From assembly GCA_963813295.1 (NCBI GenBank), contig CAWEYN010000004.1, positions 3,058 to 67,057 of the forward strand: a stretch of 64,000 nt of DNA, in the 5' to 3' direction. A program made the translations under genes and the position numbers. Shown piece by piece: positions 63,561 to 64,000 of the stretch (position 1 is the first letter of the stretch; every line of letters starts with the position of its first letter). Source of the stretch: an uncultured Nitrospira sp. (GTDB lineage: Bacteria; Nitrospirota; Thermodesulfovibrionia; Thermodesulfovibrionales; UBA6898). The notes under the pieces are model-generated. The model worked only from the letters and a program-made list of their open reading frames with translations, was not told the origin of the DNA and did no database searches.

Positions 63561-64000
63561 GGTTACCTTAAATAATGCTATTTTCCGCAGGAAATTGCAA
63601 ACTGAAAAAGATTAATGATGTGGTATATTGACTATTGATTTTAGAGCTTCCGCTTTTTTCGCTTGCGAACTTCCGGGCTTCCTGTCTTGCTCGCTTCTGC
63701 ACTAACGAGAGTAGTCAGGGTTGGGGTGGCCCCGGTATTTGAAAATAATAAGGGGTAACTTTTTTGTTTTTGCATCAAATGCAACAATGCAAAGACAGAC
63801 CCAGCCACGATTCACGGGATCACGATTCACGTTTAGTACGCCTCAAATTGTGGAAACACTCACGGGAATTTGCTCGCCAGTTTCAATTTTTGATAAATGA
63901 GGCGTCCCCCTTGAAATCTGGCGTGTCATAGTATGTCATTATCGTGTGGAGTACTAATGAAATTTTTATATCAGTCTTGTGTCCCAATTCAAGCTATTGA

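Noticed and set aside
63806-63831. A duplicated 11-mer CACGATTCACG (two copies with a 4-nt spacer) has a looser relative at 61579-61600 (GACGATTAACGGTTCACGTTT) next to the higA remnant. It might be a dispersed repeat family.
   Set aside because: The local duplication is borderline significant, and the distant similarity (about 10/11 plus a short tail) is within chance expectation for 64 kb.
1-64000. I looked for CRISPR arrays, rRNA genes, and intact IS elements, integrases or reverse transcriptases.
   Set aside because: I saw no regularly spaced 25-40-nt repeats, no rRNA-like conserved blocks, and no ORF with DDE, Y-recombinase or RT motifs on either strand.

Overview
This is a 64-kb chromosomal window from an anaerobic bacterium, roughly 45-50% GC by eye. 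The taxon cannot be assigned from the sequence alone. The gene content fits an organism using the Wood-Ljungdahl pathway, such as a Nitrospirota- or Desulfobacterota-like lineage.

Content in order:
- Tail of a pst operon (pstA-pstB-phoU).
- A large secreted HExxH metalloprotease.
- Two RND efflux operons arranged around a single tetR.
- An AT-rich, poorly coding, decayed stretch ending at tRNA-Ser(GGA). There, an ~80-bp direct repeat containing the tRNA 3' end brackets a 2.3-kb PilZ/coiled-coil islet.
- prc, a K+ channel and gatB.
- A lexA-like/Y-family polymerase SOS cassette.
- A PQQ-type sugar dehydrogenase and gatA.
- The carbonyl branch of the Wood-Ljungdahl pathway (acsE-acsD-acsC-acsB-cooS).
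- Convergent nfnAB-like genes.
- A NuoE/NuoF/FeS/NuoG-like flavin-FeS operon whose NuoF-like subunit carries a C-terminal CBS pair.
- A luxR-type regulator followed by two micro-ORFs that the ORF track misses.
- mscS, tatA, scpA, a PHP protein, an APH-like kinase and a zinc-ribbon/coiled-coil/lipoprotein trio.

No rRNA gene, CRISPR array, intact transposase or integrase was seen.

Two themes dominate the hunt:
1. At least ~28 reading-frame breaks (single-nucleotide indels plus one in-frame stop) interrupt otherwise well-conserved genes, including essential gatB. The 11 kb from acsE to nfnA has none.
2. There is structured non-coding DNA that the genes do not explain. This includes telomere-like G-tract/C-tract inverted repeats in the acs intercistronic spacers, and a 25-nt double palindrome shared by the acs and nuoEFG-like/nfn promoter regions. 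It also includes a 31-nt repeat upstream of two unrelated genes, REP-like hairpins near a RAYT-type remnant, and two apparently leaderless regulator genes.

All coordinates of frame junctions are approximate and were derived by eye. No database search was possible.
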